Below, one piece after another: positions 22,676-32,597 of a stretch of 64,000 nt of DNA (its first letter is position 1; each line of letters starts with the position of its first letter). The notes beneath the pieces are model-generated. The model had not been told where the DNA came from. It ran no database searches and was given only the letters and a program-made list of their open reading frames with translations. The stretch is from Verrucomicrobiaceae bacterium. GTDB lineage: Bacteria > Verrucomicrobiota > Verrucomicrobiia > Verrucomicrobiales > Akkermansiaceae. Where the stretch lies: the NCBI GenBank assembly GCA_051252135.1, contig JBPOGH010000003.1, positions 64,001 to 128,000 of the forward strand, given 5' to 3'. The position numbers and the translations under genes were made by a program.

Positions 22676-22755
22676 GGTAGTATTTTTGTTTTGGTGTTTA
22701 TTCTCGGCACCCACGGTTATCTGCCCATGGTCCTGCCTCGAAAGTGTGTAAATTC

Positions 22756-23652
22756 TTAGTGGGCGTGTTCTTCGTCGTGATCTCCGTGATCACACATCAG
22801 CTTGAGGAAAACGGCACAGAGGAGAGTGAAGACGAGCGCCTGGATCAAACCCACGAGCAACTCAAGAAAGTAAAAAGGAAGCGCGGCCAGCCACTTCAAA
22901 TACGGAACAGGCACCGTGTTCATGATCGACTCGAGCATGTTCTCACCAGCGTAGACATTCCCGTAAAGTCGGAACATCAGGGCCACTGGACGAAGCGCAA
23001 TCGAGAAGACCTCGATCAAGCCCACCGCGAAGAAGATCACGATCATCCCCAAGAGCATCAACCCCTTGAAATCGCCCTTGGGCGCAAAGATGTGAGCCGC
23101 AAATTCCTTCACACTCGTTTCAGTGATGACCCAGTAAAACCAAAGGATCGCGAACGCAACCGCCATCGCGCCGGTCATATTCAAGTCAGCATTACCACCA
23201 CGAAGGAAAGGGCGGAACGTATCGTGAGGATCAACACCCTCTCCGGTAAGCATCCAACCAACGGTCCCAACCCCGGGAACAAGCCCCATCCAGTTGGAGA
23301 TCAAAATCATGATAAAGATCGTGCCAAAAAACCAAAAGGTCCGTCGCGCCAACTGATCACCCAAAATCCCTCCGAGGAAATTGATCAGACTTTCAACAAT
23401 CCACTCAATGAAATTCTGGAAACCCTTGGGCACAATTGAAATATCCCTCGTTGCCAGTTGGGCCACCACAATCAAAAACGCCGCCACAACCCAAACCATG
23501 ATCATCGAGTTGGTCACCACAAGGGGCCCGATGCTGAACACCTCTTCAGCGGATGCGGGAAGATGGTCATGCCCTTGGGCTGCCATCGCGGAAGAAGCCG
23601 TTACACAGAGGACTGCGAAAACGATTGAAAGAGAACGAAAGAAGAAAGACAT
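22756..23652 (-). CDS. atpB: ATP synthase Fo subunit a
   Basis: 'ISNWMGLVPG', 'ADLNMT', 'RPVALMFRLYGNVYAGE', 'ELLVGLIQALVF'. ATG 23652 preferred. Confidence 0.96.
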   Translation of the reverse strand: MSFFFRSLSIVFAVLCVTASSAMAAQGHDHLPASAEEVFSIGPLVVTNSMIMVWVVAAFLIVVAQLATRDISIVPKGFQNFIEWIVESLINFLGGILGDQLARRTFWFFGTIFIMILISNWMGLVPGVGTVGWMLTGEGVDPHDTFRPFLRGGNADLNMTGAMAVAFAILWFYWVITETSVKEFAAHIFAPKGDFKGLMLLGMIVIFFAVGLIEVFSIALRPVALMFRLYGNVYAGENMLESIMNTVPVPYLKWLAALPFYFLELLVGLIQALVFTLLCAVFLKLMCDHGDHDEEHAH

Positions 23653-23684
23653 CCTACGTGGCCCCGTGAATCGGGACGGGCGGG

Positions 23685-23712
23685 ATTTAACGAGACGCCA
23701 GACTTCAAGCAA
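23685..23712 (-). promoter_or_regulatory. Putative sigma-70 promoter of the atp operon
   Basis: Minus strand TTGCTT-16 nt-TTAAAT, about 33 bp upstream of the atpB ATG. Confidence 0.45.
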
Positions 23713-23717
23713 GTATT

Positions 23718-23739
23718 CTTTGTGAAAAATTTCACAAAG
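23718..23739. promoter_or_regulatory. Perfect palindromic operator (Rex-type TTGTGAA-W4-TTCACAA; also fits CRP-family TGTGA-N6-TCACA)
   Basis: CTTTGTGAA-AAAT-TTCACAAAG immediately upstream of the putative atp -35. Confidence 0.75.
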
Positions 23740-23882
23740 TCCATTTTCGCCCGTAGATTCAACGATCCCCCCCACCCCCCTCAAAGCAAATTTCCTCGGA
23801 ATCCCTTAACAACGTCCACTCCAATGCAAGAAACGATTCCTCTCCTCCCCCTTCCATGACCAATCCCGCCTCATTTTACCGC

Positions 23883-25337
23883 TTATTCCGACCCGGAACT
23901 CTCAAAGACCAACCGAAACCCCAAATCCTCCGCCTGATCCGAACGACTCGTCAACCAACTCCGCGCCTCCACTCCTCCACCCGGATTCAAAAATGATGCC
24001 CCGCAGGCCATCGGGCGCTTCGCCCTCAATTGGTAGGCCGGATTGATTTCATTCTCCAGGGTCCACTCGCGAACATTGCCCCCCATCCCAATCAAACCCT
24101 TTTCGGTTCGATCCTTTACGGGAGCAGACGCCTTCCCCCAACCTGATACCGCCTCGGTCGGACTCGCCGCAGCCCGCCATTCACTCATCGTCGGCAATCT
24201 CCCGCCCCTCCATCGCGCAAAGGCACTCGCATCCCACCAATCGATCCCCACAACCGGACACCCCTCACTCACCAAACGCCCCTTCCAAATCCCCCCTGAA
24301 GCGGCCGCCGAGGACAATTCAGCCCAATCATCCGGCAAATGATCTCTTTTATCCTCCGGTTGATCCCCGTGCCGCAACATCGCCTGCTCCTCCTCGGAAA
24401 ACCCCTCGAGCGCATCCAAAAATTCACGATATTCCCCAATCGTCACCTCGTGCGCCCCCATCAGAAGCCCCGGAGAGACCTCAATCGGTGGAAGTCCCGG
24501 GTCCTCATCCACCACCTCCTGCTCAATACCATCATCCTGAAGAAGAAAAAAACCAAAGACTCCAAGCAAGCCAACCACCCCCAGGACCCACCACGGCTTC
24601 CGCTTGGGACGCACCACCTCCACCACTTGCGGCGGCGGCACCTCACCCGGTTGCGGTGCATTCCCCTCCAGTTGGTCAATCACCTGCCGGGAAAGCTTCC
24701 GAATCTGCTCCCAGGTCAATGGAATCTCCCGATCATAATCCGCCATGTAGGCCAACAACGACCCCACCCGTGTGGACCCGGGCAGCCCCGGCGTGAGCAT
24801 TTCATCAAAAAGCGCCCCCAAAAGCTGCTTGTCACGGGTCGATTGCGACTCATCCCGCGGACCATCTGCCACCAAATTCATCATCCGCAGATTTTCCCCG
24901 TTGATAACGATATGGTGGGGGGCAAGCGACACGGTCGCCAACCTCTTCTCCTCCAGATGCAATTGCGCCAACGCAATCTGCTCGATCAACTTCACCACCG
25001 CCAACGGCTCCAGCTCTTTGCCTCCCTCAAGCCACTCTTCCAAATTCTCACCCTCCAGACTCTCCCGCGCATAATAAGTGGCCTCATCATCATGGTGAGC
25101 CTCGTACACCGCACCAATTCCCGGGTGATGGGCTGCCGCCTTCGCCCGAATATCCGCCACAAAGGATGTCTTGCACACAATATCGCGCGCCGCATCCTGC
25201 CGCAGCATTTCCAGCATCACCTCCCGCTGCATCGAAATCTGCTCCGCCCGCCAGGTCCGCGTCAGCGCTCCCCCGGACACCGCCTCAACAAGACGGTAAT
25301 CCCCGATGATATCTCCAGCCTGCCGCGATTGCCCCAT
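23883..25337 (-). CDS. Degenerate Ser/Thr kinase-like domain + TM + FGE/SUMF1 domain protein
   Basis: Kinase-like N-lobe 'IGDYRLVEAV...HHPGIGAVYE'; TM 'WWVLGVVGLLGVFGFFLL'; FGE motifs 'EVTIGEY', 'PVVGIDWWDA.AFARW.GGRLPT..EW', 'MGGNVREW', 'LGFRLV'. Confidence 0.8.
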   Translation of the reverse strand: MGQSRQAGDIIGDYRLVEAVSGGALTRTWRAEQISMQREVMLEMLRQDAARDIVCKTSFVADIRAKAAAHHPGIGAVYEAHHDDEATYYARESLEGENLEEWLEGGKELEPLAVVKLIEQIALAQLHLEEKRLATVSLAPHHIVINGENLRMMNLVADGPRDESQSTRDKQLLGALFDEMLTPGLPGSTRVGSLLAYMADYDREIPLTWEQIRKLSRQVIDQLEGNAPQPGEVPPPQVVEVVRPKRKPWWVLGVVGLLGVFGFFLLQDDGIEQEVVDEDPGLPPIEVSPGLLMGAHEVTIGEYREFLDALEGFSEEEQAMLRHGDQPEDKRDHLPDDWAELSSAAASGGIWKGRLVSEGCPVVGIDWWDASAFARWRGGRLPTMSEWRAAASPTEAVSGWGKASAPVKDRTEKGLIGMGGNVREWTLENEINPAYQLRAKRPMACGASFLNPGGGVEARSWLTSRSDQAEDLGFRLVFESSGSE

Positions 25338-25361
25338 GAACGTAAAAATGTCTTCTGAAAA

Positions 25362-26513
25362 TTACTCAAATTCGAGCACCCCGGATTGATCCCCTTCCGG
25401 CTCATCCTCCTCGAATTCAAGGCGGGGCAACAAGGAACCGCCCACCGATTGATTCTCCAGAGCCTCCAGAAGTGGATCAATGTCCGGATCCCAGGAACCA
25501 CTCGTAGCACGTTGATTTTGCATCTGCCTCACCAGCGTCCGGGGGTCGGCCCGGATATCGAGCAACTTCCCGTCGTAATAAAGCTCGGCCACAAAACCGT
25601 GAAACTTCCGCTCCCCAAAAATCAAATTCTCTCCCGCATCGCGAAACGGCACCTCATACCAAACCTCCACCATTTCTTCTCCATCGTCGAAATTGTATGG
25701 CTTGCTCACCCATTCGCTCCCCACCAAATCCGTCGCAAGACTCTTGCGCAAATTCCCTTCATCCTCTTCGAAAAAGTGCACCTTGGGCTGCAGCAGCTGG
25801 GGATCAAACTCCTTAGACACATCCGCCGTAATGCTCAAAATCACCCCGCGCCGCTCACCGGAGGCCGTAATCTCAGGCTCCATCTTTCGTAAGGCACCCA
25901 ACACCGCCAACCCCTCTGACTCCATCACCACCCCCTTGGTAATCTTGGCCGAGGCCTTCACCCACAGCGATCCCCCATCCAGAGGACCCAGCTGATACAC
26001 CTTCAAATAATAATCGGACGCCGAATCGTAAACCCCCATCGCCTCGTAATTCGAAGCAATCTCATACAAAATATTGGCATCCTCCGGCTCCTTAAGCTGC
26101 GCCTCCTCCAGCTTCATCATCGCCTTAATATAATCCCCGGCAATCCGGGCCGCCTTCGCATCCTCCACCAAGCGCTCCACCACCGGATCCGCAATCGCCG
26201 GAGCCGACTCCAGAACCTCCGGACTCACGTTCCGGTCCCTCTTGGAAAAAATAACCGCTTCAATCTCCGCTTGCGTCAGACTCGACCCAACATTCGCAGG
26301 CGCCTCCACCCGCACTTCCTTCTCAACCGTAATATACTGCGGGACCACTTTGGTGATCACCTCCGGCTCCGCGACTTTCTGCTGGCGAAGCACCATCGCG
26401 GTGCCAATCGTCACCAGCTGACCAAAGGCAATCACACCCATCAGCCAGCACGAAACCCGAAAGACCCCCAGCTGTGGGCCTCCCGCTTGATCCTCTTGGT
26501 CTGAATTTCCCAT
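25362..26513 (-). CDS. Membrane-anchored TPR-containing hypothetical protein
   Basis: N-terminal TM, TPR-like 'GDYIKAMMKLEEAQLKEPEDANILYEIASNYEAMGVYDSASDYYLKV'. The ORF-track extension to 27137 is antisense to pabB. Confidence 0.7.
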   Translation of the reverse strand: MGNSDQEDQAGGPQLGVFRVSCWLMGVIAFGQLVTIGTAMVLRQQKVAEPEVITKVVPQYITVEKEVRVEAPANVGSSLTQAEIEAVIFSKRDRNVSPEVLESAPAIADPVVERLVEDAKAARIAGDYIKAMMKLEEAQLKEPEDANILYEIASNYEAMGVYDSASDYYLKVYQLGPLDGGSLWVKASAKITKGVVMESEGLAVLGALRKMEPEITASGERRGVILSITADVSKEFDPQLLQPKVHFFEEDEGNLRKSLATDLVGSEWVSKPYNFDDGEEMVEVWYEVPFRDAGENLIFGERKFHGFVAELYYDGKLLDIRADPRTLVRQMQNQRATSGSWDPDIDPLLEALENQSVGGSLLPRLEFEEDEPEGDQSGVLEFE

Positions 26514-26594
26514 CGCGAGCCGCAGTCTAAGAACTGACATCGCTCCTGTCAACGGGGCCTTGCACTCGTCGAAAACCCACGTAAATCTTTCCTC

Positions 26595-27848
26595 ATGCTT
26601 CGCTCCGCGGCTCCCTACCCCCAACTCTGCCCCCTCCGGGCCGAGCCCGAGGACGTCGCCCGCAGACTTTCCCACCTCCCCGGCCTCGTCTTCTTCGACT
26701 CCGCCGGAAACCTCCCCACTAACCACGCCCCGCCCCTCTCCATCATCGGAGCCCGCCCCGTGGAAATCCTCACCGGACACATCTCCAAAACCCAAACACT
26801 CGCCAACGCGCTCGACAAAAACGCCATCAAAGCACGCGACTACGGATTCCCCGCCGGAGCCGCCTGCGGATGGATTGATTACAATGGCGACTACACCTTC
26901 GGCCTCTACCCCGAACTCCTCATCTACCACCACCGCACCGGTGAATGGTGGGAAACAGGCTCCCTTTCCGAAGAACTCAGGGAACCCGCCCCTCCCCGCG
27001 CAGCCTCCCTCGGCACCTGGGAATCCTCCTTGAAAAAGCACGATTTTCTCGCCGCGGTGCGCACCGCCAAGGAATACATCGCCGCCGGTGACATCTATCA
27101 GGTCAACCTTTCCCGCCGCCTCGCCGCACCCTGCCACGCACCCGACGGACTCTTTCCCCTCTACGAAAAACTTAGAACCTCCGCACCCGCCCCTCTGGCT
27201 TCCTACTTCAATCTCGCAAACCGCGAAATCATCTCCTCCTCACCCGAAACCTTCCTTCGCCTCTCCGGCCGCGAGATCGAAACCCGGCCCATCAAAGGCA
27301 CCCGACCCCGCTTTGCCGATCCCGAGCTCGACTCACGCTCCGCCTTCGACCTCCGCCAATCCGAAAAGGAAACCGCCGAGCTCGTCATGATCACCGACCT
27401 CCTCCGCAATGACATCGGACAAGTCTGCGAGTTCGGCTCCGTCCAGGTCACCGACATGCTCCAGCTCGAAAAACTCCAGCACGTCCACCACCTCGTCTCC
27501 ACCGTCAAAGGCACCCTCACCCCCGGCTGCTCCCACCTCAACGCCCTCGCCGCCTGCTTCCCCGGCGGCTCCATCACCGGCGCCCCCAAAAAACGCGCCA
27601 CCGAGATCATCTCCGAGCTCGAACCCTGCCCCCGCGGCCTCTACACCGGCGCCATGGGATACTTCGGCTTCAACGGCGAATCCCAATTCAACATCGCCAT
27701 CCGCACCCTCATCCACGAAAAAGGCGAACTCTCCTACAGCGTCGGAGCCGGCATCGTCGCCGACTCCGAACCCCTCGCCGAATTCGAGGAAACCGAGCAC
27801 AAAGCCGCCGGAATGAAGCTGGCCATCGAAGGAATCGGCAAACCCTAA
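26595..27848 (+). CDS. pabB: Aminodeoxychorismate synthase component I / anthranilate synthase component I family
   Basis: 'GDIYQVNLS', 'SSSPETFL', 'TRPIKGTRPR', 'SEKETAELVMITDLLRND', 'FPGGSITGAPK', 'NIAIRT', 'GAGIVADS'. PIKGT and FPGGSITG favour PabB. Confidence 0.85.
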   Translation: MLRSAAPYPQLCPLRAEPEDVARRLSHLPGLVFFDSAGNLPTNHAPPLSIIGARPVEILTGHISKTQTLANALDKNAIKARDYGFPAGAACGWIDYNGDYTFGLYPELLIYHHRTGEWWETGSLSEELREPAPPRAASLGTWESSLKKHDFLAAVRTAKEYIAAGDIYQVNLSRRLAAPCHAPDGLFPLYEKLRTSAPAPLASYFNLANREIISSSPETFLRLSGREIETRPIKGTRPRFADPELDSRSAFDLRQSEKETAELVMITDLLRNDIGQVCEFGSVQVTDMLQLEKLQHVHHLVSTVKGTLTPGCSHLNALAACFPGGSITGAPKKRATEIISELEPCPRGLYTGAMGYFGFNGESQFNIAIRTLIHEKGELSYSVGAGIVADSEPLAEFEETEHKAAGMKLAIEGIGKP

Positions 27849-27922
27849 CAGGAAAAAGCCACCTTCCCCGACCCCTTGCGCTTGTCTCAACTGAGCGGAT
27901 TGGGCAGGCTGTCCGTGAGCTT

Positions 27923-28759
27923 ATGAAAATCACCAAAGCCGTCATCACGGCCGCCGGCCCCGACCAGCAGCACCTCCCCCTCCAGACACTCGTGAGTGCC
28001 TCTGGAGAAACAAAGACCGTGATCGCCCTGCTTCTCGACGAAGCCCTGGCCGCTGGAATCGATTCCGTAGCCATCATCATCGCCCCCGGCACCCAGAGCG
28101 ACTTCGAAAAAGCCGTAGGGAAACACCTCGATGCCGTCACCTTCATCGAACAAACCGAACCACTCGGATTCGGCCACGCCATCCTCTGCGCCAAGGACTT
28201 CATCGGCCGCGAAAGCTTCCTCCTTCTCGTCGGCGATCACCTCTACCTCAGCACCCTCAAAAGCTCCTGCATGGAACAACTCATCAAGGTCGCCACCGAA
28301 GAACGATGCTCCGTCTCAGCAGTCCAGGCCACCCGCGAAAGCCAACTCCCTTTCTACGGCGCCGTCGGCGGCCAACGCATCGCTGGAAGCAAAGGACTCT
28401 ATGACATCGACACCGTCATCGAAAAACCCACCCCCACCGTAGCCGAACAAAAACTCATCATCCCCGGACTCCGCGCCGGCCGCTACCTCTGCTTCTTCGG
28501 CATGCACGTCATGACCCGCGCCGTCCTCGCCGAACTCGAAAAAACCGAGTTCGACTCCTCCGGAAAAATCCCCCTCACCCCCATCCTCTCTGATATCGCC
28601 AAAGCCGAGCGCTACCTCGCCCTCGAAATCAAAGGCCGACGCTTCAACATTGGCGAAGGCTACGGACTCCTCCGCGCCAACCTCGGCATGGCCCTCGCCG
28701 GACCCGATCGCGACGAGGTCATGGGATCCATCATCGAGCTCATCTCCTCCACACGCTAG
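27923..28759 (+). CDS. Sugar-phosphate nucleotidyltransferase (GalU-like), with degenerate N-terminal motif
   Basis: 'KITKAVITAAG', 'QTEPLGFGHAI', 'LLVGDH', 'IEKP'; lacks the GxGTR..P...K segment. Confidence 0.8.
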   Translation: MKITKAVITAAGPDQQHLPLQTLVSASGETKTVIALLLDEALAAGIDSVAIIIAPGTQSDFEKAVGKHLDAVTFIEQTEPLGFGHAILCAKDFIGRESFLLLVGDHLYLSTLKSSCMEQLIKVATEERCSVSAVQATRESQLPFYGAVGGQRIAGSKGLYDIDTVIEKPTPTVAEQKLIIPGLRAGRYLCFFGMHVMTRAVLAELEKTEFDSSGKIPLTPILSDIAKAERYLALEIKGRRFNIGEGYGLLRANLGMALAGPDRDEVMGSIIELISSTR

Positions 28760-28765
28760 GACGCC

Positions 28766-31700
28766 ATGCTTCTCGACCTCATCACCTCTTCCGACCCCGA
28801 CGTCCGCAACCGCTCACTTGCCGACGCCTGCTCCGGACTCACCTCGGACCAACTGCTTGCCGAATGCGCCATTCTCGACGCCTTCCGCCGAGACTCGGAA
28901 AGCCTCTACAATCAAGTCCGCGCCCTCTTCTTCCTCTCCGCAATCCACCGCTTCCACCTCCCCAACCTCCTCGAAGGCGAACCATCCGGATCCATCCCTT
29001 TTCCCGGATACGAAGACCTCCTCGGCCGCCGTTTCGAAGAAGCCATCGACACCTTCCTCGCACAACAAACCGAACAAGGTGCCACCGACGCCCTCTCCTC
29101 CGCCCTCGCCTCGGCTTACCACCAACTCGCCTTCCAGACCCTCGCCGACCAGGTCCGCAAATCCGTCCGCACCGTGCGCGGCAACCAATGGATGTTCCGC
29201 ATGGGCCACCCCGCCGACCAACCCCTCCGCATCCGCCCCGAACTCCTCACGGAAACCAACCACCTCTTCCCCGTCCTCCGCGAACAAACCCCCGTCCGCA
29301 TGGACCTCACCCACTCCGCGTGGTCCGATATCTTCTTCCTCGGCATGGACTACCCCGAGGGCGCACGCGTCCTCAACGTCTCTGTCGACCTCGCCGTCCA
29401 CGGACGCGATGACACCCCCAAACCACCCGTCGAAGCCTACCTCCGCGTCATCGATAAACCCGTCCTGCGCCTCACCTCCATCGACCTCAAGGCCTCCGCG
29501 GAAATCTCCTCACTCTCGGAAGTCTTCGACTTCGCAAAAGACTACCTCGGCCTCCTCAAAGCCGCCGTCATCGCCTCCGGCATCATCCCTCCCGGCATCG
29601 AGGGCTCCGGCGAATCACTCGCCGACCTCCTCGAACAAGTCGCCGGACACGGGCGCGGCCTCGAAGTAATCTCCTCGGTCAACGACATCCCCAAAGGCTC
29701 ACGCCTCGCCGTCTCCACCAACCTCCTCGCCGCCCTCATCGCCGCCTGCATGCGTGCCACCGGGCAAACCGAATCACTCACCGGTGACCTCACCGAGGAC
29801 GAACGCCGCCTCGTCCTCGCCCGCGCCATCCTCGGCGAATGGATCGGCGGCTCCGGCGGCGGCTGGCAGGACTCCGGCGGCGTCTGGCCCGGCATCAAAC
29901 TCATCGAGGGCGAGATCGCCGGCGAGACCGACCCCGAGCACGGCGTCTCCCGCGGCCGCCTCATGCCCAAACACCGCGTCTTCTCCTCTCAGGAAATTTC
30001 CCGGGAATCACGCCAGGCCCTCCAGGACTCCCTCATCCTCGTCCACGGCGGCATGGCTCAAAACGTCGGCCCCATCCTCGAGATGGTCACCGAAAAATAC
30101 CTCCTCCGCTCCACCGCCGAATGGCAGGGCCGCAAAGAAGCCCTCGGACTCCTCGACCAGGTCCTCGAATCCCTCAAAGCCGGAGACATCAAACAACTCG
30201 GAAAACTCACCACCGACAACTTCCGCGGCCCCCTCCAAACCATCATCCCCTGGGCCACCAACCACTTCACCGAAACCCTCATCGCACGCGCCGAGGCCGA
30301 ATTCGGCGACGACTTCTGGGGCTTCTGGATGCTCGGCGGCATGTCCGGCGGCGGCATGGGATTCATCGTCGACCCCAAGCGCAAAAAAGAAGCCCTCGTC
30401 CGTCTCGAGGAAATCATGATCACCACCAAGCGCGAACTGGAGAACGCCCTCCCCTTCGCCATGGACCCCGTCGTCTACGATTTCCAAATCAACCCCCACG
30501 GCACCTACTCCCACCTCTTCGAAGGAGCAGACGCCCTCCTCCCCCCCGGATACTACCAACTCAGCATCGCCCGACTTCTCCGCAAAAAATCCAAAAAACT
30601 CTCCCCAAAAGACCGCGCCGAGCTCGACCAATTCGCCTACGCCTGCCGCACCCAACCCAAGTTCGAAAACTCCGTCCAGGCCCTCTTCGACACCCTCATC
30701 CCGCGCATGGATGACCGCGATCAGGCAGGCGGCTCCCTCAAAGAACTCCTCAAAAATAACGGCTTCGACCGCGCCCAGCACGAAGCCATCCGCGAAGACC
30801 TCCTCAACGGACGCATCGGCCTCTCCCAAAACCGCCTCCCCGCCAGCACCCGCATCGAGGACGTCCTCCCCGAGGACATCACCGACTACTCCGCCACCAG
30901 CCCTTCAGCCGATCTCATCGCCCTCGGAAACCAGGCCCTCGCCGGAGGAAGCGTCGGCGTCATCTCACTCGCCGCCGGAGCCGGCTCCCGCTGGACCCAG
31001 GGCGCCGGAGTCTGCAAAGCCCTCCACCCCTTCTCCAGCTTCTCCGGCCGCCACCGCACCTTCGTCGAGACCCACCTCGCCAAATCCCGCAAGCGCGGCT
31101 CTCAGGCCGGCACCCCCATCCCCCACCTCTTCACCACCTCCTACCTCACCCACGGCCCCACCCAACACTTCCTCGGCCACCAAGAAAACTACAACTACCC
31201 CGGCCCACTCCTCCTCTCCCCCGGAAAATCCGTCGGCCTCCGCATGGTCCCCACCGAGCGCGACCTCCGCTTCGCCTGGGAAGAAATGCCCCAGCAAACC
31301 CTCGACGAGCAGCAACAAAAAATGCGCAAGTCCGGTCGCTCCGCCCTCATCAAATGGGCCACCTCACAAGGCGAAGCCAGCGACTACACCGACAACCTCC
31401 CCCTCCAGTGCCTCCACCCCGTCGGCCACTTCTTCGAAGTTCCCAACCTCCTCCTCAACGGCACCCTCGCCACCCTCCTCAAAGAACGCCCGCAGCTCCA
31501 AACCCTCATGCTGCATAACATCGATACCCTCGGTGCCGATCTCGACCCCGGCCTCCTCGGCCACCACCTCAACTCCGGCTCCGGCCTCACCTTCGAGGTC
31601 ATCACCCGCCGACTCGAAGACCGCGGTGGCGGCCTCGCCCGCGTCAACAAACGCCCCCGCCTCCTCGAAGGCCTCGCCCTCCCGCGCGAGGAAGACGAAT

Positions 31701-32083
31701 TCTCCCTCTCCTACTACAACACCATGACGACCTGGATCGACCTCGACCAGCTCCTCACCCTCTTCGGCCTCACCCGCGACGACCTCCTCTCCGACAACCG
31801 GGAAAAAATCGCCGCCGGAGTCCGTGACGTCGCCGCCAAACTCCCCACCTACATCACCATCAAGGAAGTAAAAAAACGCTGGGGCAACGGACAGGAGGAC
31901 ATCTTCCCCGTCCTCCAGTTCGAAAAACTCTGGTCGGACCTCACCACCCTCCCCGAAATCCAGTCCGACTTCCTCGTCGTCCCCCGCCTTCGCGGCCAAC
32001 AGCTCAAGGACCCCGCCCAACTCGACTCCTGGCTCCGTGATGGCTCCGCCGACTACATCGAAACCCTCTGCGAGTGGTCCTAG
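28766..32083 (+). CDS. Fusion of a GHMP-family sugar kinase (N-terminal) and a UDP-sugar pyrophosphorylase (C-terminal)
   Basis: GHMP motifs 'PVRMDL....SD', '[14 protein letters not shown]', 'GGGWQD', 'LGGMSGGG'; UDPGP-like motifs 'LAAGAGSRW', 'HPVGH', 'HNIDTLGA', 'NTMTTWI', 'QFEK'. Confidence 0.8.
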   Translation: MLLDLITSSDPDVRNRSLADACSGLTSDQLLAECAILDAFRRDSESLYNQVRALFFLSAIHRFHLPNLLEGEPSGSIPFPGYEDLLGRRFEEAIDTFLAQQTEQGATDALSSALASAYHQLAFQTLADQVRKSVRTVRGNQWMFRMGHPADQPLRIRPELLTETNHLFPVLREQTPVRMDLTHSAWSDIFFLGMDYPEGARVLNVSVDLAVHGRDDTPKPPVEAYLRVIDKPVLRLTSIDLKASAEISSLSEVFDFAKDYLGLLKAAVIASGIIPPGIEGSGESLADLLEQVAGHGRGLEVISSVNDIPKGSRLAVSTNLLAALIAACMRATGQTESLTGDLTEDERRLVLARAILGEWIGGSGGGWQDSGGVWPGIKLIEGEIAGETDPEHGVSRGRLMPKHRVFSSQEISRESRQALQDSLILVHGGMAQNVGPILEMVTEKYLLRSTAEWQGRKEALGLLDQVLESLKAGDIKQLGKLTTDNFRGPLQTIIPWATNHFTETLIARAEAEFGDDFWGFWMLGGMSGGGMGFIVDPKRKKEALVRLEEIMITTKRELENALPFAMDPVVYDFQINPHGTYSHLFEGADALLPPGYYQLSIARLLRKKSKKLSPKDRAELDQFAYACRTQPKFENSVQALFDTLIPRMDDRDQAGGSLKELLKNNGFDRAQHEAIREDLLNGRIGLSQNRLPASTRIEDVLPEDITDYSATSPSADLIALGNQALAGGSVGVISLAAGAGSRWTQGAGVCKALHPFSSFSGRHRTFVETHLAKSRKRGSQAGTPIPHLFTTSYLTHGPTQHFLGHQENYNYPGPLLLSPGKSVGLRMVPTERDLRFAWEEMPQQTLDEQQQKMRKSGRSALIKWATSQGEASDYTDNLPLQCLHPVGHFFEVPNLLLNGTLATLLKERPQLQTLMLHNIDTLGADLDPGLLGHHLNSGSGLTFEVITRRLEDRGGGLARVNKRPRLLEGLALPREEDEFSLSYYNTMTTWIDLDQLLTLFGLTRDDLLSDNREKIAAGVRDVAAKLPTYITIKEVKKRWGNGQEDIFPVLQFEKLWSDLTTLPEIQSDFLVVPRLRGQQLKDPAQLDSWLRDGSADYIETLCEWS

Positions 32084-32098
32084 ACCCAACTTAGGCCA

Positions 32099-32593
32099 AT
32101 GAAATCCGTCCACATTTATACCGATGGCGGCGCCCGCGGAAACCCCGGGCCCGGAGGCTTCGGAGCCATTCTCCTTTTCGACAAATTCCGCAAGGAGATC
32201 AACGGAGCCTACGATCATACCACCAACAATCGCATGGAACTCATGGCCGCCATCAGCGCCCTCGAACTCCTCTCCGAACCCTGTCACGTCACCGTCCACT
32301 CCGACTCCAAATACCTCGTCGACGCCCTCACCAAGAACTGGCTCAACGGCTGGAAAAAACGCGGCTGGAAAAAATCCGACAAAAAACCCGTCCTCAACAA
32401 AGACCTCTGGCAACGCCTCGACGCCGCCATCGCAATCCACAAGGTCGATTGGAAATGGGTCAAAGGCCACGCCGGCAACCCCCTCAACGAACGCTGCGAC
32501 GAACTCGTCCACGAGGCTATCGACGCCGGAGATCACATCACCGATCAAGGCTACCTCGACTCCCAAAAACCCGCCGGTGACACCCTCCTCTGA
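32099..32593 (+). CDS. rnhA: Ribonuclease HI
   Basis: 'IYTDG...GNPGPGG', 'TTNNRMEL', 'DSKY', 'WVKGHAG...NERCD'. Confidence 0.97.
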   Translation: MKSVHIYTDGGARGNPGPGGFGAILLFDKFRKEINGAYDHTTNNRMELMAAISALELLSEPCHVTVHSDSKYLVDALTKNWLNGWKKRGWKKSDKKPVLNKDLWQRLDAAIAIHKVDWKWVKGHAGNPLNERCDELVHEAIDAGDHITDQGYLDSQKPAGDTLL

Positions 32594-32597
32594 TCCC

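Noticed and set aside
26514..27137. N-terminal extension of the 591-aa ORF
   Set aside because: Overlaps pabB on the opposite strand; the plausible start is about 26513.
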